A stretch of 34,998 nt of DNA, from NCBI GenBank assembly GCA_964416775.1, contig CAYQFU010000007.1:1420-36417 (forward strand), read 5' to 3'. This DNA is from an uncultured Ktedonobacterales bacterium (GTDB lineage Bacteria > Chloroflexota > Ktedonobacteria > Ktedonobacterales > JADMIN01). Shown here piece after piece: positions 26,630 to 34,998 of the stretch. A model generated the notes under the pieces. It was not told the DNA's origin. It worked only from the letters and a program-made list of their open reading frames with translations, and ran no database searches. Positions within the stretch are counted from its first letter, which is position 1. Every line of letters begins with the position of its first letter. The position numbers were made by a program, and so were the translations under genes.

Positions 26630-26875
26630 AGAACCCGGCACCTTTCATCTGCCACAGATGCGCTACACACCTCTCATTTGCCCGCGGCCACGTGTGACAG
26701 ACGTAGGGGCACCGCCGATGTGACCAAGGTACGTGGTTGACGGTTGGCCAGCGCCAGCGGCCAGCGTGGGCGGCCAAGTCGAGCGTCCGTGCCACAAAGT
26801 GTTCCGCATGTTCAGCCCCAAGGCGATGCGGCCTGTCTCGAGTGGGTGGATTCTGGCCGCACTTGACTGTAAGCC

Positions 26876-26884
26876 AGTGTAGCA
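26876..26884 (-). promoter_or_regulatory. Candidate extended -10 (TGCTACACT)
   Basis: TGn-TAnnnT on the minus strand in the divergent gap, pointing at the ACT gene. Confidence 0.25.
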
Positions 26885-27135
26885 TGGCGAGGTCTGGCAG
26901 TTCTGTTCGCCAGCGAACAGACGCACGCATGACACGCACGTACACTGCCCTAGAGCACACCCGCCGCATGGTGGGTGCCTGCCGGAGCGCGCGGTTTGAG
27001 GTGGCGCACCGTGGCGGCACACAGCGCGCACGGAGACGACCGCGGTCGGAGACGGGAACGGCCTCTCGCGGCCGCGAAGCGGGTTGCAGTGCGACAGCTG
27101 GGGCAGGCCAGCAAGGAGCAGGGAGCATACAACGT

Positions 27136-28020
27136 ATGGGAGTTGCGCAGCTCGTAGCCATGGCGGTGAGCGTCAGCGATTTGATCTGGCTCATCATCCT
27201 CATTTCGGCGCTGCAGCCCGCTATGCAGAGGTATTACCTCGTGTCCAGGCGCCTGCAGATGATTCGGCGGATCGAGCGCAAGCGGGGTAGCCGGGTGATC
27301 GCGCTGATCCATCGGCAAGAGACGATGAGCCTGTTCGGCTTTCCTATCGTGCGCTACATCGACATTCAGGACGCTGAGGAAGTGCTGCGTGCCATCCCGG
27401 CTCACGCCGCCGGACATGCCGATTGACGTCATCCTGCACACGCCTGGGGGCTCGTCCTCGCGGCCGAGCAGATCGCGCAGGCGCTCGTCCACCGGACTGG
27501 ACGTGTCACCGCCATGGTGCCGCACTACGCCATGTCCGAAGGCACGCTGATCGCCATGGCAGCGGACGAAATCCTGATGGCTCCAAGCGCGGTGCTGGGA
27601 CCCGTCGATCCCCAGCTTGGCGAGTACCCCGCCGCATCGATTCTGGCGGCGGTGGACCGGAAGCCGGTGGCGGAGGTGGACGACAAGACGCTGATTCTCG
27701 CCGATGTCGGGGGCAAGGCGCTGCGCCAGGTCGGCGACACGGTGCAGCAGATTCTACAGACCAACGGGCTCAGCCCGGAGCAAGCGAAGGCCATCTCCGA
27801 CCAGCTGAGCACGGGGAAGTGGACGCATGACTACCCACTCCATGTGGAAATGCTCAAGAAGCTTGGGCTGCCGGTGAGTGATGCGCTGACGAACGAGGTG
27901 TTCGACCTGATGGCGCTATATCCGCAGCCGATGCATGGGCAGCCATCCGTTCAGTACGTCCCACTCCCATACGACCAGCCCGCGCGACGCGCGGAGCCAA
28001 ACCAGTCAAAGCGCGACTAG
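27136..28020 (+). pseudogene. ClpP-class (SDH_sah) membrane-anchored serine protease, interrupted by +1 and -1 frameshifts (or sequencing errors)
   Basis: Corrected read: RGSRVIALIHRQE...EVLRAI/RLTPPDMPIDVILHTPG/LVLAAEQIA...VPHYAMSEGT...GPVDPQ...WTHDYP. Extra C at 27396-27398, missing base at 27446-27450, in-frame TGA at 27424-27426. Confidence 0.85.
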
Positions 28021-28028
28021 CGGGCGTT

Positions 28029-28058
28029 GCCCGAACCCGCCGCGCGGCGGGTTTGGGC
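28029..28058. terminator. GC-rich hairpin between convergent genes
   Basis: GCCCGAACCCGCCG-CG-CGGCGGGTTTGGGC, 14-bp arms with one G-T pair, 8 nt after the protease stop; no U-tract. Confidence 0.55.
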
Positions 28059-28191
28059 GCATGGCATCGGGCTCAAGCCGTACATCTAAAGGTGGCATGA
28101 CACAGCCGCGGCGCACGCATCAGAACGTTAGATCGCGAGCGATGCGTGAGCAGGTTGGCATGTGGGTGTCGAGCACTGCTGCTGGCGGTTT

Positions 28192-28506
28192 TTACGTCGC
28201 GCCGTGCAGCAGCGGATCGCCAGCCTCTTTAGTTCCGGCGGGCTCGATACTGACCTGGCCGTCGGTCTCCACCAGTGGAAGGCCGCGGCGGCGGCAGAAG
28301 CGCTCCAGCGAGTCGAACTCCGCGTAATAGCCAGTTTGTGGCCGGTGCTCGTGGGCAAAGAAGCGCTCCACACGCCCATTCGCCAGATTCACGACTTTTT
28401 CGTCGGGCGCGATCATGGGCGCGAAGTAGACGTTGACGCCTTCATTTTGCAATTCGTGCGGCGTTTGGACGCCGAAATTATTCTCCGCCCATTCGAATCC
28501 TTGCAT
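28192..28506 (-). CDS. Hypothetical protein (104 aa)
   Basis: MQGFEWAENNFGVQ...; GAGAGG RBS; protein-like composition (F/Y/N/E rich), unlike shadow ORFs. Confidence 0.65.
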   Translation of the reverse strand: MQGFEWAENNFGVQTPHELQNEGVNVYFAPMIAPDEKVVNLANGRVERFFAHEHRPQTGYYAEFDSLERFCRRRGLPLVETDGQVSIEPAGTKEAGDPLLHGAT

Positions 28507-28844
28507 GTGCCTCTCGTTTCCCCGAGCGGCGCGGCTGGGAACCCGCGTCGCGGCCGACGCACCGTTTGTGGACGTGGTGGGGTGGCCGCAGAAAACATAC
28601 CACTGAGTCACTGGATGAGCAACTGGGCGACGACGCCGATGGGGTCAGCGGCCCCGCTAGCGGCGGTTGTGTTCGGTAGTGAACAGACGGCAGTGCAAGA
28701 TGCGCGTACACTTGTTTGTGCGCGCTCAGGCGCAGGGCTACGCATGGCGCGGAGCAGGACCAAGGAGGACGAAGCGACGCCGTAAGACCTGCTGGAGAGT
28801 GATCGCCCTCGCCGACGCAAGCAGCCGAGGAACGTCATAGACAG

Positions 28845-28885
28845 GACGCGACAGTCAAGACGCGACAGTCAAGACGCGACAGTCA
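28845..28885. repeat. 14-bp tandem repeat (GACGCGACAGTCAA)x~3
   Basis: Copies begin at 28845, 28859 and 28873; the array abuts the GGGGAGGA RBS of the BON gene. Confidence 0.92.
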
Positions 28886-28899
28886 GGGGAGGATTGGCC

Positions 28900-29577
28900 A
28901 TGGCCGCACCAACGATGCCTCGCACCGACGAGCAGATCCAGCGCGATGTGCTGGATGAGTTGAAGTGGGATGCCCGCGTGCAGCCCAACGAGATTGGCGT
29001 CGCCGTCAAAGATGGTATCGTGACCCTGACCGGCTGGGTGGATTCCTTGATCAAGAAGTGGGCGGCGGAGGAGGCGGCCCTCCGGGTGCGCGGCGTGAAG
29101 GCCGTGGCCAACGACATCGAGGTCCGCCTGCCCATTACGGCGGAGCGTACCGATGCCGACATCGCCGCTACGGTGCTGCGGGCACTGGAATGGGACGCTT
29201 ACGTGCCCCTCGATCGGATCAAGGTCACAGTCTCGAAGGGGTGGGTCACGCTCGAAGGCGACGTGGACTGGCAGTTCCAGCGGGACGACGCCGAGCGCGT
29301 CGTGCGCCGCTTGACGGGGGTACGTGGGGTCACCAACCTGATTACGGTCCGCCCGCGAGTCAAGCCCTCGCCAGAAGAGCTGCAGCGGAAGATCGAGGCG
29401 GCGCTGACGCGCAGCGCCGTGATGGACGCCGAGCGCATTCAGGTGGAGGTGCAGGGCACCAGGGTGATCTTGCGAGGGACCGTGCGCTCGTGGGCAGAGA
29501 AACAGGAGGCGGAGCAGGTTGCCTGGTCCTCGCCGGGCGTCACGCAGGTCGACAATTACCTCACGATCAGCCCCTGA
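28900..29577 (+). CDS. Triple BON-domain protein (OsmY-like, no signal peptide)
   Basis: Three repeats of IxVxV..G.VTLxGxV...AE......GV..VxNx(I/L). Confidence 0.92.
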   Translation: MAAPTMPRTDEQIQRDVLDELKWDARVQPNEIGVAVKDGIVTLTGWVDSLIKKWAAEEAALRVRGVKAVANDIEVRLPITAERTDADIAATVLRALEWDAYVPLDRIKVTVSKGWVTLEGDVDWQFQRDDAERVVRRLTGVRGVTNLITVRPRVKPSPEELQRKIEAALTRSAVMDAERIQVEVQGTRVILRGTVRSWAEKQEAEQVAWSSPGVTQVDNYLTISP

Positions 29578-29992
29578 TTATGAGCTCCTGGAGCACGGCC
29601 ACGCGTGAATCCACAGCGAGGGGCCTACGCCTTCCATATCCGCCTATGCGCGGTACGGTTCAGTTAGTGGGGGCAAGGTGGCCAGCGAAGTGGCCGGCGG
29701 TTGCAAGCGCGCCGGGATGGCCGCGGCCGCGAAGCCCGCCTGCACGGATCGGGACAGCAGGTGATCGCAGTTGAGGTGCGCCGGTCGGGTCTCCCTCACG
29801 TGCATGGTATTGCGACGACCAGGACTGCCGCGTAGTGGCAGACGAACACGACGGGGACCGTTTCGTACCCGTACGCCGGCCAGCCGGTGGAAATGCCGAT
29901 ACGGCGGGCACAAGCATCTATCATCGTGTAGAAGGCTAGCATCGCGTCTGGCAGCCCTCTCTGGACCAGACGCAGACGAAGGGAGTCGGTTC

Positions 29993-30538
29993 GTGCAGCA
30001 GACCGCATCGGATCACGAGGCAGATTACAAGAGCCAGACTGAGCCTTCGCAGGCGCTCGCGGCGGGAACACGGGGACCCGACTTCACACTGCACTCCACG
30101 CCGGACCAAACGGTCTCGCTCTCGGATTTCCGTGGGCAGCCAGTGATCCTGGCATTCTATCCCGCCGATTGGAGTCCCGTCTGTGGCGACGAGGTGACGC
30201 TGCTCAACGAGGTCCTGCCTGAGTTCAAACGCTTCCGCGCGGAGCTCATGGGACTCTCGGTGGACGGTGCGTGGTGCCATCTCGCCTTCGCCCACGACCA
30301 CAAGCTGCGCTTTCCGCTGCTGGCGGATTTCGAGCCGAAGGGCGCGGTCGCGCGGCAATACGGGGTCTACCGCAGGCAGGACGGCATTGCCGAGCGGGCG
30401 CTCTTCGTCCTGGACGACGAGGGGATCATTCGCTGGAGTTACGTTTCTCCAATCGGCGTCAATCCGGGGGCGGACGGCATCCTGAATGCGCTGGAATCAC
30501 TGCCCAACCAGCAGCCGGCCGCGTCGGGGAGTCATTAG
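29993..30538 (+). CDS. Peroxiredoxin / AhpC-TSA redoxin (AhpE-like)
   Basis: PDFTL, FYPADWSPVCGDE, LLADFEPKGAVARQYG, ERALFVLD; GTG after AAGGGAG. Confidence 0.9.
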   Translation: MQQTASDHEADYKSQTEPSQALAAGTRGPDFTLHSTPDQTVSLSDFRGQPVILAFYPADWSPVCGDEVTLLNEVLPEFKRFRAELMGLSVDGAWCHLAFAHDHKLRFPLLADFEPKGAVARQYGVYRRQDGIAERALFVLDDEGIIRWSYVSPIGVNPGADGILNALESLPNQQPAASGSH

Positions 30539-30632
30539 CGCAGACGGGCAAGCATGAGGGGCGGCGAAGCCGGCGCGAGTCGGAGCGCTTTGCCGCGTGC
30601 AGGATCAATCAGGTTGGGAAGGAGCAGCGACG

Positions 30633-31181
30633 ATGGCACGGCTCGCGGTGCCGGTCAGTGAGCGAGACCATATTCAGGGGAACCCGAATGCGCCTCTGAC
30701 GCTCCTGGAGTATGGCGACTTTGAATGTCCATATTGCGGCGCGGCATATCCGATCGTGAAACAGGTGCAGAGGCACCTGGGAGACCGCTTGCGCTTCGTC
30801 TTCCGTCATTTCCCCCTCCCGCAAGCACACCCGCACGCCGAGCATGCGGCCGAGGCTGCTGAGGCGGCGGGAGCGCAGGGCATGTTCTGGGAGATGCACG
30901 ACATGCTGTTCGAGCATCAGCATGCCCTCGACGATCTCCACCTCGTTCAGTACGCGGCAAGCCTCGGTCTCGACGTGGCCTGGTTCGAACGGGACATGGC
31001 GACACACGCCTACGCTGAGCGCGTCCGGGAGGACTTCCTGAGCGGGGTGCGCAGCGGGGTGAATGGCACGCCGACCTTCTTCATCAACGGGCGACGCCAC
31101 GACGGCCCGTTCGACTTTGCCACCCTGGTGGCAGCGCTGGAGGCCGCGTTGGAGGAAGGCAGGATGATGCGGGCGCCGTAG
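30633..31181 (+). CDS. DsbA-family thioredoxin-fold oxidoreductase (no signal peptide)
   Basis: EYGDFECPYCG, FRHFPL, GVNGTPTFFING; AAGGAG RBS. Confidence 0.92.
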   Translation: MARLAVPVSERDHIQGNPNAPLTLLEYGDFECPYCGAAYPIVKQVQRHLGDRLRFVFRHFPLPQAHPHAEHAAEAAEAAGAQGMFWEMHDMLFEHQHALDDLHLVQYAASLGLDVAWFERDMATHAYAERVREDFLSGVRSGVNGTPTFFINGRRHDGPFDFATLVAALEAALEEGRMMRAP

Positions 31182-31320
31182 GGACGCCAGCATGCCGCGA
31201 TGGCCGGGCGGCAGCTCGACGAACGCCGCGACTCGACCTGGCCGGTTGGCCGACGAGCGGGAAGGGACCATTCTCAGTGCCTAGATGCGGAACTGGCTGG
31301 AGGACGGAGGAGAAGCGACT

Positions 31321-32277
31321 ATGGCGATGACGGGCCCGGAGGCGTCTTCGCGGCCAATGTCGGAGGTGCCGAACTGGCAACGCGTACTGGCGGTCGGTGT
31401 CGCGCTCTGGATAGCCTCTATCCTCGTGACGGCGATCACCGGCAACGTGAACCTGATTCCTACGGTGGTGCTGCTGGGCAGCTTCCTCGTGCCGGTAACG
31501 GCTATCGTCTGGTACCTGGACCACTATCGCAGCCAGACGCTGACGCCGCAACTGGTGCTCTACGCGTTCGTCGTAGGCGGCGTGCTCGGAGTACTGGGAG
31601 CTTCGATCCTGGAATCCTGGCTGCTGAGCGACGGGCTGCTGGTCTATCTTGGGGTGGGCTTCATCGAGGAGCTGTGCAAGCTCGCGGTGCTCATCTTCAT
31701 CGCGTGGCGGATGCCCCGCTACGCGATGCGCGATGGCATCGTGCTGGGGGCGGCCGTCGGGTTTGGGTTTGGTGCGCTGGAGAATAGTGGCTATGCACTC
31801 AACGCCCTGATCGTCCGAGTTGGGCCCGGCGTCGCGCTGTCGCTGGGCAACCTGGTGAATACGGAGTTCCTTCGTGGCGTGCTGACGCCGGTGGGGCACG
31901 GCTTGTGGACGGCAATCCTTGGGGGTGTGCTCTTCAGGGCGAGCCGTGACGCGCGGCACCCGCGCATCACCGTAGGGGTCGTCGTCGCGTACGTGCTCGT
32001 GTCCTTGCTGCACGCGCTGTGGGACTCGATGCGCGGCATCGCCCTCGTGCTGACGGAGCTGTTGACCGGCACAGCGCCGCAACAGATCGCGCTGGGCGGC
32101 GGCGTGCTTGCGCCGCCGACCGCGGCACAGGTGGACGTATTTCTGGCGCTCCAGTGGGGTGGGCTGGCCGTCATCTCGATTGCCGGGTTCTTATGGCTTC
32201 GCTCGCTCTGGCTAGCGGCACCGCAGACGCAACCGACATCGCACGTATCAGGCTCAGGTGCCGTGCCTACGCTATAG
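31321..32277 (+). CDS. PrsW-family glutamic-type intramembrane protease
   Basis: GFIEELCK, GFGALEN, GHGLWT, LHALWD; GGAGGAG RBS. Confidence 0.9.
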   Translation: MAMTGPEASSRPMSEVPNWQRVLAVGVALWIASILVTAITGNVNLIPTVVLLGSFLVPVTAIVWYLDHYRSQTLTPQLVLYAFVVGGVLGVLGASILESWLLSDGLLVYLGVGFIEELCKLAVLIFIAWRMPRYAMRDGIVLGAAVGFGFGALENSGYALNALIVRVGPGVALSLGNLVNTEFLRGVLTPVGHGLWTAILGGVLFRASRDARHPRITVGVVVAYVLVSLLHALWDSMRGIALVLTELLTGTAPQQIALGGGVLAPPTAAQVDVFLALQWGGLAVISIAGFLWLRSLWLAAPQTQPTSHVSGSGAVPTL

Positions 32278-32318
32278 GTGGCACGAGCGCTTCCCAGCGG
32301 AGAGTGAGGAGTAACACG

Positions 32319-32900
32319 ATGGTGCTTGTCGCGCGCAGCTGGTGGGCGATCTTGATTCGGGGAATCGCCGCGGTATTGTTTGGCATTCTCGCGCTGGCGC
32401 TGCCGCGGCTCACTCTGCTGGTGCTCGTCGCGCTCTTTGGCGCCTACGCGCTGGTAGATGGCATTTTCGCCATCGCCGCGGTGGTGCGGGGGTTCGAGCG
32501 ACGCCGTGCCAATTCCTGGTGGCTGCTGGTCGAGGGCATCGCGGGCATCATCGCAGGTCTCGTCGCGTTCTTCTGGCCGGGCATCACCGCGCTGGTGCTG
32601 CTCTACATCATCGCGGCCTGGGCCATCGTGACGGGCATTCTGGAGATCGTGCAGGCGGTCGAGATGCGGCGGGTCATTCGCAACGATTGGCTGCTCATCC
32701 TGAGCGGCGTGGCCTCGGTAATCTTTGGTATCCTGCTGTTCCTGTTCCCCGGAGCCGGTGCGCTTACAGTCGTGTGGCTCATCGGCATCTACGCGATCGT
32801 CTTCGGCGCGCTGGTGATCGGGCTGAGCCTATGGCTGCGTCGCATGCAGCGCTCCGTCGAGGCACCAATGGACGGGCGTACCAGGGCGCCGGCTTACTAG
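32319..32900 (+). CDS. HdeD/DUF308-family acid-resistance membrane protein
   Basis: WWAILIRGIAAVLFG, FGAYALVDG, FWPGITAL, AWAIVTGILEI, WLIGIYAIVFG; GAGGAG RBS. Confidence 0.88.
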   Translation: MVLVARSWWAILIRGIAAVLFGILALALPRLTLLVLVALFGAYALVDGIFAIAAVVRGFERRRANSWWLLVEGIAGIIAGLVAFFWPGITALVLLYIIAAWAIVTGILEIVQAVEMRRVIRNDWLLILSGVASVIFGILLFLFPGAGALTVVWLIGIYAIVFGALVIGLSLWLRRMQRSVEAPMDGRTRAPAY

Positions 32901-33053
32901 ATGCGTGTCAGGGGCACGCCGGGCCTTGCGCAGGGGCTCGCCGCCAACGTCCGCACGGAGAGCGAGCACTGATGCTTCAGAACCGGGTCCTCAGGCGCAT
33001 CGGCCTGGATGTGAGACGAACGGGTAAGCAGGCTTTGGAGGAGGCAGCCCACT

Positions 33054-34970
33054 ATGCTATTGACCGGCGAACATATCCGAGGCCTGGATGCGATGATGGC
33101 GAGCGAAGCGGCTGGCCACGCGGCGCACGCGGTGGCCGCGGACGAGATCGAAATCTACCGCGTGCTGGAGCTGCAGGGGCTGGCCCGTCCGGATATCGGC
33201 CAGGCCTATGTGCTGACGTACGAGGGTCGCGAGGCGCTGCGGCTGCTGGGAGAGATGCGCCAGCGGGGACTGATTCCTCCCGCTGACCAGACAGAGCGCG
33301 ATTGGCGCTTTCTCGGCTCGGAAGTGCTGGCCGCGCTGGCGGCCGCGGGCCGGGCCGGGGACCGGGTGGGACCGCTGGCGGAGGAGCTGCTGCGGGAGCG
33401 GGGGCTTGCCGAGACGTTCCGCGATCCTGACAGGAAAACGACCTACGCACGCCTCACTACGCATGGATCGGCATGGCTGGAATTCGCCCAGCGCTACCTG
33501 CCGCGGCTGGAGATCACGGGCGACCTCGCCAACAGCATCCACCGCATGCTCCCGGCGTATGCCGATCCGCACACACTGGACATCCCGGCCGGCCACCGCG
33601 CCCAGTTGGAGGCGATGCGCCTATTGGTGTGGTCGGTCCCCGATCGAGATGTCTTCACGTTTACGGCGCTGGGAAGGGCGGTATACGACGCGCTGCGCAA
33701 GGGAGGATTCCCAGTCGCCGATGTAGTGCTGGACGATGCGATCCTGGACTTGCTGGCAACAGTGGCGGACAAGGGAGCCAGCGCGCTCCCGCCGGAGCGG
33801 CTCGCGGACGTGCAGATCCTCGGCTACGTGGGGGCAGACGGCTCGTTGCTCCCTGGCGGCCAGGCCGCGCTGCGCGCGCGCCGGTTGCGGAACGCGCGAT
33901 TCAAGCGACCGCCAGCCACCATCGCCATCAGCCGGCATGAAGCCGAGTTGCTGAGTGTCGTGCACGAGCTCTCGGAGGGCAAGGACAAGCCGGCACAGCC
34001 GACTACGAAGCATGCTCTGCACAAGGCCCTGGTGGACGGTCTGGAGCGTCGCCTCCAGGCATTTCAGGGCAAATACGGCCGGAAAATCAACGAGGTCCCG
34101 GCGAGGAAGCGCCAGGAACAGGAGATGGTCGCGGAGCTGCGCGACCGGGACCGCGCATTTGGCGATCCCAATAGCCTGGATGAGCTGCTGATTCACCTGG
34201 AGTCGTTCGAGCTGGTGCGCGGCGAGGGCGAGGGTCAGTTGACGGTGTACCGGCTCACGCCAAACGGTCTACGAGTGATCAGGGAGCAGGGCAAGTCGCC
34301 GCGCGCGATCACGGCCATGGGTGTCAAGGCGATCACGATCACTACGATGGCGGGCCATTACTATGCTCCGGTGGCGCTGTGGGTCGAGCGTGCGCGCGAG
34401 GAAGAGCTGATCGGGCCGGGCGGGATCACAGAGGCCGGCATTCTCTACGCGTGGCTGGCGGAGTACGCCGAGCGCTGGCCGGCGCTGTCGCGCCAGGAGG
34501 CGCGCATGCTGCTCAACCTGCCGCAGGCCGAGGCGCTACGCGACCACCGTCTGATGGGTCGTGGCGACACGGAGGACGAGAACGAACAGGAGCGCACGCT
34601 GGATCAGCTGGAGGCGGGTGGCCTGATCGAGCGGATGGTTGATGCTCACATCCTGCGGACGGAGGCTGGGCAGTTGCTCACACGCGCGATGGCCGGCGCA
34701 CTGGAGCTTGCTCATCCTGTGTCTCCCGCGATCGTGCGCTTGCTGTCTGCCGTGCGCCAGGTCGGCCAGAGCCTGTATGTGAAAGAAGAGAAGGTGCGTA
34801 TCGCGCCAGAACAGTGGGATGAGGTGGAGCGGTTGACGGGGCTCGGGCCAGACGAGTTCAACGAGACCGTGCATCTGGCCAAGCTCGGCAGGTATCTCGG
34901 CGATGCCGGTCTTACCGAGGCGGGGTTGGATGTGCTGGAGGCGCTGGCGAAACTCAATTGGCGGGGGTGA
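33054..34970 (+). CDS. DUF505-like protein with repeated winged-helix-like motifs
   Basis: 638 aa, GGAGGAGG RBS; LELQGL and WRFLGSEVLAAL recall DUF505 (from memory); eight (L/F/I)TxxG-type wing motifs. Confidence 0.65.
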   Translation: MLLTGEHIRGLDAMMASEAAGHAAHAVAADEIEIYRVLELQGLARPDIGQAYVLTYEGREALRLLGEMRQRGLIPPADQTERDWRFLGSEVLAALAAAGRAGDRVGPLAEELLRERGLAETFRDPDRKTTYARLTTHGSAWLEFAQRYLPRLEITGDLANSIHRMLPAYADPHTLDIPAGHRAQLEAMRLLVWSVPDRDVFTFTALGRAVYDALRKGGFPVADVVLDDAILDLLATVADKGASALPPERLADVQILGYVGADGSLLPGGQAALRARRLRNARFKRPPATIAISRHEAELLSVVHELSEGKDKPAQPTTKHALHKALVDGLERRLQAFQGKYGRKINEVPARKRQEQEMVAELRDRDRAFGDPNSLDELLIHLESFELVRGEGEGQLTVYRLTPNGLRVIREQGKSPRAITAMGVKAITITTMAGHYYAPVALWVERAREEELIGPGGITEAGILYAWLAEYAERWPALSRQEARMLLNLPQAEALRDHRLMGRGDTEDENEQERTLDQLEAGGLIERMVDAHILRTEAGQLLTRAMAGALELAHPVSPAIVRLLSAVRQVGQSLYVKEEKVRIAPEQWDEVERLTGLGPDEFNETVHLAKLGRYLGDAGLTEAGLDVLEALAKLNWRG

Positions 34971-34998
34971 TCCGCGACGCCTGCATGTGGGTGACCGC

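Noticed and set aside
26693-26699. Third minus-strand TGTCACA, upstream of the ACT gene
   Set aside because: Followed at 16 nt by TGAGA, with no TCGAC; does not match the twin motif.
28845-28885. CRISPR array
   Set aside because: Units are contiguous 14-mers without spacers, and there are no cas genes.
32342-33286. 314-aa plus-strand ORF
   Set aside because: Arg/Gly-rich off-frame overlap of the hdeD and DUF505-like genes.

Overview
GC-rich bacterial chromosomal window; the gene content would fit a soil Chloroflexota-like organism, but that is inference only. I found no rRNA, tRNA, CRISPR array or mobile element. It has four blocks. (1) 936-8613: a cluster of four predicted amide-bond ligases (RimK-like ATP-grasp, circularly permuted ATP-grasp, GCS2/YbdK carboxylate-amine ligase, second ATP-grasp) plus two Ser hydrolases and an HXXEE membrane protein, a candidate NRPS-independent peptide or glutamylation system of unknown product. 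(2) 8722-15375, minus strand: a detoxification-type operon around an ECF41/SigJ sigma factor, with two identically spaced copies of a candidate promoter, TGTCACA-N11-TCGAC-CCWCT. (3) 16320-22402: cytochrome bd genes in the order cydD-cydC-cydA-cydB. (4) 22489-34970: a stress/envelope block (AI-2E, KimA-like APC permease, ACT protein, doubly frameshifted ClpP-class protease, BON, peroxiredoxin, DsbA-like, PrsW, HdeD, and a DUF505-like protein with about eight winged-helix-like repeats). All family assignments come from motif recognition by eye, not database searches.
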